IMG/VR virus record: IMGVR_UViG_3300005259_000041
Direction: 5' to 3' (one strand)
Length of the DNA stretch: 48,952 bases
Source of the DNA: an uncultured virus (IMG/VR IMGVR_UViG_3300005259_000041)
Lineage: Duplodnaviria; Heunggongvirae; Uroviricota; Caudoviricetes
Of the stretch, positions 1 through 10,038 are shown one piece after another. Both the position numbers and the translations under genes were made by a program. The stretch's first letter is position 1. Each line of letters opens with the position of its first letter. The notes under the pieces are model-generated. The model was not told where the DNA came from. It worked only from the letters and a program-made list of their open reading frames with translations, and did not search any database.

Positions 1-2
1 TG

Positions 3-2174
3 ACCAAGGCGCTTGCTGGAAAGAAAAACGCTGACTTGGTTACTGGAGATGACATTAGAGAAGGCTTGGTGGCTATTATTGACGTGAAGATGAGCGACCC
101 GAAGTTCTCATCTCAGGTGAAGTCCAAGCTGGTGTCGGAGGAAGCTCGTGCGGCCCTAGAGAATATGGCCGGTGCTTTTGAGGATTACTTTGAGAAGAAC
201 CCAGCTCAATTGAGCCGCGTGATGCAAAACGCGCTAAGGGCTGCAGAGGCTCGTGAGGCTGCGCGCAAAGCAAGAGACTTATCTCGCAAAAAGAATTCGA
301 TAGAAGTTGGTGTGTTGCCCGGGAAATTGGCTGACTGTCAAAGCAAAGACCCGACTATCAATGAGCTGTTTTTGGTGGAAGGTGACTCGGCCGGTGGCAC
401 TAGTCGGCAGGGCAGGGATAGAAAATTCCAGGCCATTCTGCCGTTGCGTGGTAAGGTTATCAATGCAGAGAAGGCCACCCTCCATAAGCTGTTGGCTAAC
501 GAGGAAATCAAGTCGCTAATCGCGGCCATTGGCACTGGGATTGGGGAAAACTTTGACATTGAGCGTCTGCGCTATCATAAGATTTGTATTATGACGGACG
601 CTGATAGTGTTACTGGCGATACCCCGTTGATGGTGTATAACAAGGAAAGCCAAGAGATGAAGTTGTATCGTACGGACGAGTTTATTGATGAGGTTTGTAC
701 GGACATTTCTAAATATCAAATCGTTGCGTGCGATTTAAAACATAAGACTTTCGGGCTGAGAGATTTACAGCAGGTCTATAAGCACCCGAGTAAGAAACAG
801 ATTTTTAGAATTACAGACGACAATGGCCATCATGTAGACGTGTCTGCCGACCACAGTGTGTTTGTCTATCATAAGGAAACGAGATCGTTTGAGGCTGTGC
901 CCACTGTCAGGCTCTCACTGGACGACCAGCTAGTCTCGGCGCGAAACGTGCCCAACATTGAATTAGCTGACATGAAAATCAGTCCGTATCTACTTGGTCT
1001 TTATGCGGGGCACGGGCAGCTTGATGAGCACGGGCACTTCACTCTTTTGCGCAGTACGAGGTTTAAGCACAAGGCTCTTGATACTAATAGCCTTCCTACT
1101 GTCAAGGTGACGGCGACGGATCGTGTCGCTCAGACCGAAACGTTGGAGTTCACGGCAAAGCGCATTGCCACCGCCATGAATGAGCTTGGCATCAACAGGG
1201 CTGAGGTGCCCAACGGTTTGTTTACTGCATCTAGAGGGCAGAAGTTGGCCTTTCTTAGGGGGCTTTTGGAATCGTGCGCAGCGATAATGGTGCATCAGGG
1301 TATCTCTATTTGTACCTCAGATTCGTTGGCCACTGGGCTTGTTTATTTGCTGCGTCAGTTTGGTGTCTCCCCAGCAATTTTGCGCGGGGGAACCAAGGCC
1401 CTTATCAATATTAAAACCAAGGACATGGGAGCCATTAGCGAAGCGTGGAGTCACCACAAGGGAGCCAAAGAGTTTGGCGAGCTTCCAGCAATCACCAAGG
1501 CTTATGAGCTGGTTAAAATCAAGTCTATCGTCGAGCTGCCTCAGCAACCTTACGTATATGATTTATCTGTAGATGCCGATCAGAATTTCGTTGCTGGCAC
1601 TGGCGCCACTCTCTTGCACAATACAGACGGTGCGCACATCAAAACCTTGCTCTTGACATTCTTTTATAGGCACATGCCAGAGCTAGTGAAGAAGGGGCAT
1701 ATCTACATTGCTCAGCCACCGCTGTATCGCTGTGTGATTCGTGGTAAGGTCCATTACATTCTCAATGATGGTGAGCTGCGATTGTTTAAGGTCAAAGAGA
1801 AGTATGGTCTGCTCAGGGGCTATAAAAAGGGAAAGAAGTACGCTTTTCCGCAAGAGCAGCTATTTGATGTGCCGAAGGGTACGGTGTTGTATTCTGAAAA
1901 ACTATCCTTCGACGTGCGGATTGAAGATATTATGAAACTGGTTACTGACCCCAAGGACGACTTAAAGCTTCAGCGGTTTAAGGGTCTGGGTGAAATGGCC
2001 GCAGAACAGTTAGCTGAGACCACACTCAACCCGTCCAGCAGAAGGATGGTGCAGGTGAAGGTGGAGGGTGAGGAATCAACAGATAAAATGATTATAACTC
2101 TAATGGGAGACGATGCGGAGGCAAGGCGAGCTTTTATTATGGAGAATTGCCTATTTGCCACTCCGGACGTGTGA
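3..2174 (+). CDS. gyrB: DNA gyrase subunit B / type IIA topoisomerase B subunit (5'-truncated by window), intein-containing
   Basis: Motifs LPGKLADC, LFLVEGDSAGG, QAILPLRGKVIN, IMTDAD...DGAHI, QRFKGLGEM; frame is open from base 3. Confidence 0.95.
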   Translation, partial: TKALAGKKNADLVTGDDIREGLVAIIDVKMSDPKFSSQVKSKLVSEEARAALENMAGAFEDYFEKNPAQLSRVMQNALRAAEAREAARKARDLSRKKNSIEVGVLPGKLADCQSKDPTINELFLVEGDSAGGTSRQGRDRKFQAILPLRGKVINAEKATLHKLLANEEIKSLIAAIGTGIGENFDIERLRYHKICIMTDADSVTGDTPLMVYNKESQEMKLYRTDEFIDEVCTDISKYQIVACDLKHKTFGLRDLQQVYKHPSKKQIFRITDDNGHHVDVSADHSVFVYHKETRSFEAVPTVRLSLDDQLVSARNVPNIELADMKISPYLLGLYAGHGQLDEHGHFTLLRSTRFKHKALDTNSLPTVKVTATDRVAQTETLEFTAKRIATAMNELGINRAEVPNGLFTASRGQKLAFLRGLLESCAAIMVHQGISICTSDSLATGLVYLLRQFGVSPAILRGGTKALINIKTKDMGAISEAWSHHKGAKEFGELPAITKAYELVKIKSIVELPQQPYVYDLSVDADQNFVAGTGATLLHNTDGAHIKTLLLTFFYRHMPELVKKGHIYIAQPPLYRCVIRGKVHYILNDGELRLFKVKEKYGLLRGYKKGKKYAFPQEQLFDVPKGTVLYSEKLSFDVRIEDIMKLVTDPKDDLKLQRFKGLGEMAAEQLAETTLNPSSRRMVQVKVEGEESTDKMIITLMGDDAEARRAFIMENCLFATPDV
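606..1622 (+). mobile_element. Intein (339 aa) with degenerate LAGLIDADG-like endonuclease domain
   Basis: Insertion splits MTDAD|TDGAHI; starts SVTGDT, has DVSADHSVF (block B), VYDLSV...NFVA (block F), ends LLHN followed by Thr; YLLGLYAGHG and AFLRGLLES helices. Confidence 0.92.
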
Positions 2175-2181
2175 GGACAGA

Positions 2182-3231
2182 ATGTCATCTAATAAAATTG
2201 TGGGTAAGGGATTAACTTTTGACGATGTGTTATTGGTGCCGGGTTATTCAGAAATAGCTTCCCGGGGTGAAATCGCCATTCACACTCAGCTTCACCAGAA
2301 TCTCTGTTTAACGGTGCCGGTTATATCTGCCAACATGGACACTGTCACTGGCGAAGAGATGTGTCGTGTGATGTATAAGCACGGCGGGCTTGGTGTCTTA
2401 CACAGATTCGCCCCAGAAGCAGAGCTGGTTAGTATCGTAGAGGCCCTACAGGAAGATGGGGTGACGTTTGGTGTGTCTGTGGGAGTGAACCTGGACGATG
2501 AGAAGTTATTTAATCTCTATCTATCTCGTGGCGTTCACATTTTCTGTGTAGACGTGGCGCATGCGCATCATCTAAAGGTCAGGCATCGGCTACGTCACAT
2601 TAGAAACGCCAAGAGAGATGCGATTATTATTGCTGGTAATGTGGCGACACTGGAAGGTGCCAACTTTCTAGTGGAGAACGGGGCTGACATTATCAAGGTT
2701 GGCATCGGGCCCGGGTCTCTCTGTTCAACTAGAATCATGACGGGTTGTGGCGTTCCCCAGCTCACAGCCATTATGAACTGTACCGCCATTAAACAAAACC
2801 ATCCAAACGTAGCAATTTTGGCTGATGGGGGCATTCGTTATCCCGGCGACATCACAAAGGCTATTGCTGCGGGAGCAGATGCAGTGATGGTTGGGAGCAT
2901 GTTGGCAGGAACCGAACAGACGCCTGGTCTGATTATTAAGAAAGGCGCTCCATCTAAGCCGCTGCTGTTTAAGCGGTATCGCGGCTCGGCCTCCATGGAA
3001 GCCAAGTCGGATTCTGGTAGAGATACTAGATTCGTAGAGGGTGTCTCAACCGACGTCCCTTATCGTGGAGATGCGAATCTCGTTATAAGCGACATTGTGG
3101 ACGGGCTGAAGTCTGGGTGCTCTTACGTCGGCGCTGCTAATTTAACTGAGCTACAAAGCAAGGGTAAGTTCATGGAGGTTACTCATGCTAGCTATGTTGA
3201 GGGCACTCCGCATGGGTATCCAGGCTATTAA
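2182..3231 (+). CDS. guaC: IMPDH/GMP reductase family enzyme without CBS domains, GuaC-like
   Basis: [42 protein letters not shown]...FVEG resembles GuaC more than IMPDH YRGMGS. Confidence 0.8.
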   Translation: MSSNKIVGKGLTFDDVLLVPGYSEIASRGEIAIHTQLHQNLCLTVPVISANMDTVTGEEMCRVMYKHGGLGVLHRFAPEAELVSIVEALQEDGVTFGVSVGVNLDDEKLFNLYLSRGVHIFCVDVAHAHHLKVRHRLRHIRNAKRDAIIIAGNVATLEGANFLVENGADIIKVGIGPGSLCSTRIMTGCGVPQLTAIMNCTAIKQNHPNVAILADGGIRYPGDITKAIAAGADAVMVGSMLAGTEQTPGLIIKKGAPSKPLLFKRYRGSASMEAKSDSGRDTRFVEGVSTDVPYRGDANLVISDIVDGLKSGCSYVGAANLTELQSKGKFMEVTHASYVEGTPHGYPGY

Positions 3232-3270
3232 TAATGAAATATTGCTTTACGAAGGAAAGTGGAGGACGCT

Positions 3271-3987
3271 ATGTCAGACAATGAGTTAGCCAGTATTGTC
3301 TCTCAGCTAGATAGCTTACATAGTAAGCATAAGGTGAGTAGTTATATCGGCTTAGGTTTAGTTTTACTTGTATTGCTTTTCGCTGGTATTGGGGGTTATA
3401 TGCTTTTGGGGAAATTTGAAGATCAAGCTGCCACAAACCAAAAGTTAGCCGCTACCCAACAGCAGATTACTGAAAAGCTAGAGAAAATAGATGCCAATAA
3501 TCAAGCTATTATTGATATCAGAAAAGAAATTCAAGACATTAAGACTCAGCAGCAAATTACCGTAGCCAAATATGATATCTTGTTAGCGCAGGCTGGTAAA
3601 CAGTTGCCTCAGCCACAGCAAGATGCTTTTTTCACCTCCCGTGGTTTTGTACCTTCCTATTATCAAGCAGACGGTGGCAGGTTGTTCGGATCACAGGCCA
3701 CAGTGAAGCTTCAAACGACTATAGTGGAGGGGGAGAAGTGCGAGGAGCTGTCTGTTCAGAAAGACGCTGAGATTGTAAAGAAAGATAGTCTTATTGAAAC
3801 TTATCAGAAGCAAGTAACTGAATACCAGGGTGTGGATGGGTTGAGACAGGAAGAGTTTAAAATTGTTAATACTGAGCTGAAGAAAACGCAAAAGGAACTT
3901 AGAAAAGAGAAAATCAAAAAGTGGGTATGGACTTGCCTTGGTATTTCTGCGGCGGGGTATGTGGGATATCAAGCGGGACATAACTAA
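3271..3987 (+). CDS. Membrane-anchored coiled-coil protein (possibly spanin-like)
   Basis: N-terminal TM helix, long coiled coil, C-terminal hydrophobic helix; GGAGG RBS. Confidence 0.55.
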   Translation: MSDNELASIVSQLDSLHSKHKVSSYIGLGLVLLVLLFAGIGGYMLLGKFEDQAATNQKLAATQQQITEKLEKIDANNQAIIDIRKEIQDIKTQQQITVAKYDILLAQAGKQLPQPQQDAFFTSRGFVPSYYQADGGRLFGSQATVKLQTTIVEGEKCEELSVQKDAEIVKKDSLIETYQKQVTEYQGVDGLRQEEFKIVNTELKKTQKELRKEKIKKWVWTCLGISAAGYVGYQAGHN

Positions 3988-4000
3988 TGGGAGTTGATAA

Positions 4001-4510
4001 ATGGAAAGCTTAATTCTAAAAATGTTAAAGGTTTCTGAATTTTTGCACACCAATGAGAAACTTATGTTGGCGTCCGCAGTTGACAGTGCGCTAACAAATT
4101 TATTGAAGTTGGCGGCAGCTCGCACAAACCTAGAAACGTTTCTAAAATCAATAGATAAAATTGTGACGCAGTATAATGTTCCATTTACGGCTGTGGCCAC
4201 CCAACTTTACGAGAAGATTAAATTCTATAAAGAGGTTATGCGCAACATGGAAGCCGACCCAGCCAGAATGGTTCCCTCGGAGTTTACCAAGACCCTAACG
4301 CAGGCACTTGATGAGCTGAAAAAGTCCATTGATTTCCATGTGCAGCATGACTCAGCAGACTCTCCTTTGCAGGTCGGTGAAGGGCATGAGCGAACCCAGC
4401 TCCAGTATGCCACGTGGGGCAGGATTATGGAGAAAGAAGTTAATAGCTGGAGGGCTAAATATATCCCGGCGCTAGAAAGCACCATTAAGAAAGATCAGTC
4501 GGCACAATAA
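4001..4510 (+). CDS. Hypothetical protein
   Basis: 169-aa ORF with RBS; N-terminal LKVSEFLH...ASAVDSAL helix similar to repeats in 16474..17451. Confidence 0.7.
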   Translation: MESLILKMLKVSEFLHTNEKLMLASAVDSALTNLLKLAAARTNLETFLKSIDKIVTQYNVPFTAVATQLYEKIKFYKEVMRNMEADPARMVPSEFTKTLTQALDELKKSIDFHVQHDSADSPLQVGEGHERTQLQYATWGRIMEKEVNSWRAKYIPALESTIKKDQSAQ

Positions 4511-4947
4511 TGGCTTCCAACTACTATTCTGGCCCGTCAGCATTTCCTGCAACTATGACCGTTCAGGGCGCTCCCGGATCTGACACATTAATGGATTTTA
4601 AGGATTCAGCCGGGAAATGCGTGCTGAAAATAACCTCAAATGGCGATTTGGTTCATATGGATTGTTCTGAAATTTCCATAGAGTATTTTCAGCACCTCAA
4701 CATCTTCGCCCAGACTTGTATTGATACAGTTCAGATGTTTATTGATAATCCTAGCCCCTTCAATCATTGTCGGGTGGCCGATATGGCGATAGGAGGGGCT
4801 CATTGTGGGATGGAATTTAGGTCTATGTGTACGTTCTTTGAGCGACAACATGGAACCTCAATTGCTATCGTCGGTGAGCTATCGCGGGACCTACTTACCT
4901 GTATTGAATTTATAGCCGCATTTCAATCGATTTCAAACACAAAATAG
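4510..4947 (+). CDS. Hypothetical protein
   Basis: 145-aa ORF coupled to upstream gene. Confidence 0.65.
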   Translation: MASNYYSGPSAFPATMTVQGAPGSDTLMDFKDSAGKCVLKITSNGDLVHMDCSEISIEYFQHLNIFAQTCIDTVQMFIDNPSPFNHCRVADMAIGGAHCGMEFRSMCTFFERQHGTSIAIVGELSRDLLTCIEFIAAFQSISNTK

Positions 4948-4953
4948 GAAAGA

Positions 4954-5196
4954 ATGATTGGAGAGCTTATTGCTTTTGCCGTTGGGGCTCTCACTTTGCT
5001 GGGAGCATTTTTAAATGTAAAGAAGGTAAGGTTCTCATTTATACTGTTCTCTATGTGTAATGTGTATTGGGCGGGTTACGATTTCTATTTGGGGGCAACG
5101 GCTCAGGGCTTTTTGATGTTGGCGTTTTTAGTCACGTCTGTGTATGGGTATTTTGCCTGGAACAAAGAGCCCGCTGACGAAAAGAGCGAAATTTAA
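4954..5196 (+). CDS. Three-TM PnuC-like (half-size) membrane protein
   Basis: 80 aa, three hydrophobic helices, conserved-looking N in helix 2 and terminal YGYFAW. Confidence 0.6.
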   Translation: MIGELIAFAVGALTLLGAFLNVKKVRFSFILFSMCNVYWAGYDFYLGATAQGFLMLAFLVTSVYGYFAWNKEPADEKSEI

Positions 5197-5201
5197 AATA
5201 A

Positions 5202-5226
5202 GCCGGGGCGTAAGTCCCGGTTTTTC
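5202..5226 (+). terminator. Intrinsic terminator
   Basis: GCCGGGGC-GTAA-GTCCCGGT followed by T run. Confidence 0.75.
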
Positions 5227-5273
5227 ATATATTAATAAGTTCAGTTGGAAGTAAACGTTTCTAGGAGATAAAC

Positions 5274-6119
5274 ATGTCTGATTATAAAGCTATCATTGCG
5301 AAGTTGATTGATAAGGGCGTCCCTGTGGGAACCCTATTTGCTGCACTGGAAACTAATAATCTTCTAGATGTCGTTAACCTCGCTACGGCCTATGACGCCG
5401 CAGAGGACATTCTAGCCATCAAAGAGGCTCGGGAGGGTTCGGAGTTGCCTCCCAGCGAGCCCACACTTAAAAGACAAATCCCAGAGATGGTGCCAGTGGA
5501 CGAGCAGAAGCGCAAAGACAAGAGGCATTACTTTCAAAAGGGACTTGCGAGGCTAATGAGGAAAAATCCCGAGACCGAAGAAGTCACCAAAGAAGAGTGC
5601 GATGACCTCCCCAAGGTCAGCTCATATGAGCCCTCAGATTTAATCATTACCGCCGAAGAGCCTCCATTCCTACGTAATCTTCCTCCGGGCGAGCGCGTAA
5701 AAAGACTCAAGCAGCTACAGCGGGGATTGTCCCCAGAAGAGCTGAAGAAGAAAGAGGAAGAGGAAGCTGCACACGCTAAGAAGGTACAGGAAGAGGCTGA
5801 GGCTGACAATAAACCTAAGGAAGAAGAGAAGCCTAAGCAACAAGAGCTGCCTCTGGAAGCTTCCGAGTCTGTTCATTTGGTTCTCGCCAAGAAGAAGACT
5901 AAGGCTAAGCTCAANNNNNCTAAGGCAGTGAAGAAGCTCAAGAGACACGGGATTGAGAACCCCGAGGCCCTAGCGGCATACTGGGAGCATGAGTCTACTG
6001 GTAAGTGGCCGGCAGAGAAGGGTAAAAAGAAGAAGGCCACTATTATCTACCATAATAAAATGGCCTCCGGCCCTGGCGTGATTACGATTAAAGCACCACT
6101 GGACGCCGAGGCGAGATAA
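5274..6119 (+). CDS. Hypothetical charged protein
   Basis: 281-aa E/K-rich ORF with AGGAG RBS; short N gap inside. Confidence 0.7.
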   Translation: MSDYKAIIAKLIDKGVPVGTLFAALETNNLLDVVNLATAYDAAEDILAIKEAREGSELPPSEPTLKRQIPEMVPVDEQKRKDKRHYFQKGLARLMRKNPETEEVTKEECDDLPKVSSYEPSDLIITAEEPPFLRNLPPGERVKRLKQLQRGLSPEELKKKEEEEAAHAKKVQEEAEADNKPKEEEKPKQQELPLEASESVHLVLAKKKTKAKLXXXKAVKKLKRHGIENPEALAAYWEHESTGKWPAEKGKKKKATIIYHNKMASGPGVITIKAPLDAEAR

Positions 6120-6121
6120 CC

Positions 6122-6604
6122 ATGTGTCAAGTGGGAGTCGATGCCGCATTAACGGTTATGGAGCGTCTAGAGAAATCGGCATCCAAACTATACAAGCTCC
6201 TGTATTATACCTTTGACACAAAGGATGATGAAGCTGCTTTTCTGTTCTATCGCATGCATTTAGAGGAAAAGACTCACGGTTTATTGGTCCAGTATCTTCG
6301 GCGCATGACTGATAAAATAGAGATTGATATCGCACCTCAGGATACTCAATTTTGCGTATTGGCTTTAAAAAATTATGCAGATAAAATTGATGAATTAATT
6401 GAAGAAATCAATTTGCCATCAGTCGAAGTCGCTTTAGCGTTGGCACTGCAGCTTGAAGAGGGTTATTCGGCTCTCTACAAGGAAACTGTCAAAAAGCACT
6501 TTAAGCACCCAGCTATGATGGATTTGGTGGGCTCCTTAACAGAGGCGAGCCACATTGAGAATTTAAAATCTTTTATAAAGGGCAGAAGCAACAAATGGCA
6601 CTAA
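6122..6604 (+). CDS. Ferritin-like/rubrerythrin-type four-helix protein
   Basis: E(x6)Y...EEKTH...E...EASH ligand pattern. Confidence 0.7.
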   Translation: MCQVGVDAALTVMERLEKSASKLYKLLYYTFDTKDDEAAFLFYRMHLEEKTHGLLVQYLRRMTDKIEIDIAPQDTQFCVLALKNYADKIDELIEEINLPSVEVALALALQLEEGYSALYKETVKKHFKHPAMMDLVGSLTEASHIENLKSFIKGRSNKWH

Positions 6605-7074
6605 CAGATAGTGTGTCCGTATTGAAGGCAATTGAAGCCGCAGAATCACTTATGGGGCAGGTATATTTTATGTCCTCTGAAAAATTTGCCTCTCAGGATT
6701 CTGAAGCTTCCACCTTTTTCTATCGTTTGTATATTGAAGAACAGAAACACGCATCAATTGTAAGATATTGTATTCGTCTTATTAAGGCTAATCCCAAAGA
6801 ATTGAATGCCGTCCAGGCGGATTTATCGGCTCTATCGGCCATCCACTCTGCAGCTAAGGGAGTTTTAAGAATTCTAGATAGTCTGAATCTAGAGCAATTG
6901 CTTATTCAGGTTATTAGCATTGAACACACCTTAGATGAAGCTGGCCAGCACTTAGCTTTGGCCTCGACTAATCAAGAGTTAGTGAAGCTTTTTAAGGGCT
7001 TAACGATTGACGATCATAAATTAGACCTATTGCGATTTGGCGAAAGAAAGTGTGGCAAGACACTTTTGCCGTAG
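6595..7074 (+). CDS. Ferritin-like protein, paralog of upstream gene
   Basis: AESLMGQVY...FFYRLYIEEQKH...IEH...DDH. Confidence 0.7.
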   Translation: MALTDSVSVLKAIEAAESLMGQVYFMSSEKFASQDSEASTFFYRLYIEEQKHASIVRYCIRLIKANPKELNAVQADLSALSAIHSAAKGVLRILDSLNLEQLLIQVISIEHTLDEAGQHLALASTNQELVKLFKGLTIDDHKLDLLRFGERKCGKTLLP

Positions 7075-7083
7075 GGGGAGTGC

Positions 7084-7422
7084 ATGGCCATGATGGCAAG
7101 AATAGCTTCTACTTCTAAGGCAGTGGTTGTAGCCACCAAGACTACCACGGCTAGTATATTTGTCCCCAAGAAGGGAGACAGAAAAACCAGAATGGCAGTG
7201 CTTACTATGCTGTTGTTCCTGGCTATCAACGTCTGGGCCATGACTGCATATAAAGTGGAAATTGTGGAAGTGCTCAAGCTTAATGCTGATTTTATGTGGA
7301 AGGTTTTATCTGTGTTTATAGCGGGGAACGGAATAGAGGCTATCGCCTCTGGCTTTGGCGGAAAGGCTAATAAGCCCCCATCTCCCGCGTCTGATCCAAA
7401 CGATTTAAAGGGAGATGCATAA
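7084..7422 (+). CDS. Two-TM small membrane protein (holin-like)
   Basis: Two hydrophobic helices, FIAGNG motif, charged tail; start uncertain. Confidence 0.45.
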   Translation: MAMMARIASTSKAVVVATKTTTASIFVPKKGDRKTRMAVLTMLLFLAINVWAMTAYKVEIVEVLKLNADFMWKVLSVFIAGNGIEAIASGFGGKANKPPSPASDPNDLKGDA

Positions 7423-7898
7423 TGGGACGCTTAGGACTCAAGGGTGGCGTTGGAGACAAGCTTCAGGCCGCAGAGGTAGATAAGGAACAATTAGAGATGG
7501 GTGTGAAGGTAGAGCAGGAACACATAAAGAAGAACAAGGTGTTGTCGCAGGCACAGAAAGACTCTGTGGCACGCGACATTGCGCTTGATCATCTGGCTGA
7601 AATTCCAGATTACTATACAAGACTCAAGAAAATGGAAGAAGAGGCTAAGAAAGAGGGTAAGATGAACCCAGACGTAGAAGAGGATGAGGAGCTAGAAAAG
7701 GCTGCCATTTTTGCTCCTTATCATACCACGGAGCATCCAGCTAAGCAGCCGATGGACGCCCCGATTTCTCCGATGCCGCAAATGGGTCCTCGATATCCAG
7801 CTGAGCAATCCACTTGGCCGAAGGCAAAGGAAGAAATGTTGAAGAAAAAGGAAAAGTTAAAAGTAAAAGCCAGAAGAAAGGGGCACGTCAGTGACTAA
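7422..7898 (+). CDS. DUF5661-like phage protein
   Basis: QLEMGVKVEQEH...IALDHLAEIPDYYTRLKKME signature. Confidence 0.75.
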   Translation: MGRLGLKGGVGDKLQAAEVDKEQLEMGVKVEQEHIKKNKVLSQAQKDSVARDIALDHLAEIPDYYTRLKKMEEEAKKEGKMNPDVEEDEELEKAAIFAPYHTTEHPAKQPMDAPISPMPQMGPRYPAEQSTWPKAKEEMLKKKEKLKVKARRKGHVSD

Positions 7899-8181
7899 GG
7901 ATGAGATTTTGGCAGCACTGCCAAATATGACCTCTGAGGATTTGTCCGCTATTAAACACGCGGCGAATAAGCTCATGTATGAGCGCAACAAAGAGGGCAT
8001 GGAGCAGCTAATTGCCAATCCCCCAGAAGCTCTGAATAATTTAGATAATATACATCTTCCGCGTGAACTTAAAGATGCCATGGAAATGAACAAAGAGGCA
8101 ATCTTGACTGCCTATGGCGTTATGAAAAGCCTGGGACTTATTACGGAGACAGAAAATGGTACCAGCGATAAAGAGACCTAA
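7891..8181 (+). CDS. Hypothetical protein
   Basis: Coupled 96-aa ORF. Confidence 0.6.
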   Translation: MTKDEILAALPNMTSEDLSAIKHAANKLMYERNKEGMEQLIANPPEALNNLDNIHLPRELKDAMEMNKEAILTAYGVMKSLGLITETENGTSDKET

Positions 8182-8698
8182 TTTAGCCACAGAATCTAAG
8201 CATCCATTTCGAGTATTGGCCAAGAAAATGGGCCTCGATGAGGTTTCCATTCCATTTCAATGGCTATGGAAAATAGTGGCGGTAGTATTTGCTGGCGGAA
8301 TGGCCTGGGCCACTCTCTATAATAACGTTTCTGGGCTTAAGGCAAAACACGCCGATTTAGAGAGCACACAACAATCACAAGCTATTCAGATTTATGCAAT
8401 GCACGATGATGTCAATGCCATCAAAAACCAATTAAACGTTATGCAGTACAAACTAGATCAAGCTTTAGCGCAATCAAACCCCACTAGTCAACCAAAAGCA
8501 GTTTCATCTAGCCCAATGGCATCTGCCCCTGCTCCCTCAATGAGCACCTATGAAGTGCAGGGTGGAGAGTCGCTTTGGGACGTGGCTAAGAAACTTAACG
8601 TCTCGACTGAAAACCTTATTAGAAATAATCCTAATTTACTGCAACCCGGAGCCAAATTTGGCCAGGGTCTTATTTTGAGTTACGAAAAACCGGCTTGA
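8156..8698 (+). CDS. Membrane-anchored coiled-coil protein with C-terminal LysM domain
   Basis: TM helix, coiled coil, P/S linker, YEVQGGESLWDVAKKLNVSTENLIRNNP. Confidence 0.8.
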   Translation: MVPAIKRPNLATESKHPFRVLAKKMGLDEVSIPFQWLWKIVAVVFAGGMAWATLYNNVSGLKAKHADLESTQQSQAIQIYAMHDDVNAIKNQLNVMQYKLDQALAQSNPTSQPKAVSSSPMASAPAPSMSTYEVQGGESLWDVAKKLNVSTENLIRNNPNLLQPGAKFGQGLILSYEKPA

Positions 8699-8723
8699 CA
8701 ATTGTCGGATTAGAAGTTATATT
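8695..8723 (+). promoter_or_regulatory. Sigma70-type promoter
   Basis: TTGACA-N17-TATATT. Confidence 0.8.
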
Positions 8724-8735
8724 TATTGGGGAAAG

Positions 8736-9125
8736 ATGGATAAAGTGCAGATATATAAGGCAAAATTGATTACTCAGTACCTGCAAGATTTAGGCGAGGT
8801 TGAAGAGGCTTTAATTAATAGCCCTAAAAAGCTATCCCCTGAACTTGTAGATAAAATGTCCAATCTCCTGTATATGGACGTCACCCCAACTTGTGACGTC
8901 TGCACGTGGTCGTGCAGAGAAGACGACTTCTTGCAGCCTCACTGCTTTATGGCTAGTCTAGCCGCTACTGGCGTGAGGCATTTTTTACATTTATACTGTA
9001 TTACTGACGGCCAAAAAGCCGCAAGGAAACAAGTCCTAGATCAGATTCCTAGAGTCATTCTGAGTCTAATGGAGGTGCGTGGGCAGGTTGCCGCGCAATT
9101 TGGAGTAAATGATGAGACTGTTTAA
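8736..9125 (+). CDS. Cys4-family protein (expanded family)
   Basis: CDVCTWSC...HC, C-terminal VILSLMEVRGQV helix. Confidence 0.65.
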   Translation: MDKVQIYKAKLITQYLQDLGEVEEALINSPKKLSPELVDKMSNLLYMDVTPTCDVCTWSCREDDFLQPHCFMASLAATGVRHFLHLYCITDGQKAARKQVLDQIPRVILSLMEVRGQVAAQFGVNDETV

Positions 9126-9429
9126 GATTTCTAGAGACGTCCTCAATTTGAGCCCCACATTTAATCCGACTGTCATTAGTCAGATGTTTCCGCCCGGGCA
9201 TCCCAATCAAGACGAAAAGAAGAAATATCAAGAAGCTATAGGCTTCTACTATGCTATTTCTGCGCAGACTCGTGGATCGGATCAGGCCACAAAGGCCAGA
9301 ATATTTAATGAATGCGGTAAGCTTTTAAATGACATTAAGACTGAGCCATTAGATTCGCTTGCCCTAAAGTTGAATGCTAAGATAGAAGAAATTAAGGGTA
9401 TGAAACTCAGCGTTCGCCCTTTGAAATGA
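9109..9429 (+). CDS. Hypothetical protein
   Basis: Coupled ORF with GGAG RBS. Confidence 0.65.
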   Translation: MMRLFKISRDVLNLSPTFNPTVISQMFPPGHPNQDEKKKYQEAIGFYYAISAQTRGSDQATKARIFNECGKLLNDIKTEPLDSLALKLNAKIEEIKGMKLSVRPLK

Positions 9430-9441
9430 CAGGAGGAAAGA

Positions 9442-10032
9442 ATGTCAACAATCTCAACCGCGTCTGTAGGGGATTTTCCGCACACCTATAGTAGTGGCTC
9501 TTATACTAGCGGAAACATAGACATAGATAACAATTGTACCTATACTACCACCACGGGGGCTACGTGGGGGACGCCCTATACGATTACCGCACCGACCTGG
9601 GGCACTAACACCTGGACCGCCACTACCATTCTCCCGGGCGGAGCAGAGGCGATGGTGGACGTTATAGATGGGTGTGCGCTGCTTAGCATTCTGTTCAGTG
9701 ATGCGGCAGCTACGGCTAAGGCCCTAGAGAAGACTCTCCGGCTCAACTATAAACATAAAGACGAAATTGGCGAACGGGTCCGTGCAGCCGCAATTAGCAA
9801 GGAAAACGCAGCGTTGACGCTTCCTTGGCTGTTGGCTTATCTTTTTGCTAAGCGCGCCGACCATGAGGCTTGCGCTACATATGTGGAAGAGGTCTGTCAG
9901 GAAAAGTTTATCAAAAATGGATCTCTTACTTTAGTCGGTTCCTCTGAAAGTGTCTGGAGCGTATTCGCTAGCTATGAGGGCGATTTGGTGCAGCTCTCAT
10001 TAGAGTTTTCTGCCTACTGCCAAACGCTGTGA
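9442..10032 (+). CDS. Hypothetical protein with Thr-rich N-terminus
   Basis: AGGAGG RBS, 196 aa. Confidence 0.7.
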   Translation: MSTISTASVGDFPHTYSSGSYTSGNIDIDNNCTYTTTTGATWGTPYTITAPTWGTNTWTATTILPGGAEAMVDVIDGCALLSILFSDAAATAKALEKTLRLNYKHKDEIGERVRAAAISKENAALTLPWLLAYLFAKRADHEACATYVEEVCQEKFIKNGSLTLVGSSESVWSVFASYEGDLVQLSLEFSAYCQTL

Positions 10033-10038
10033 GATAAT

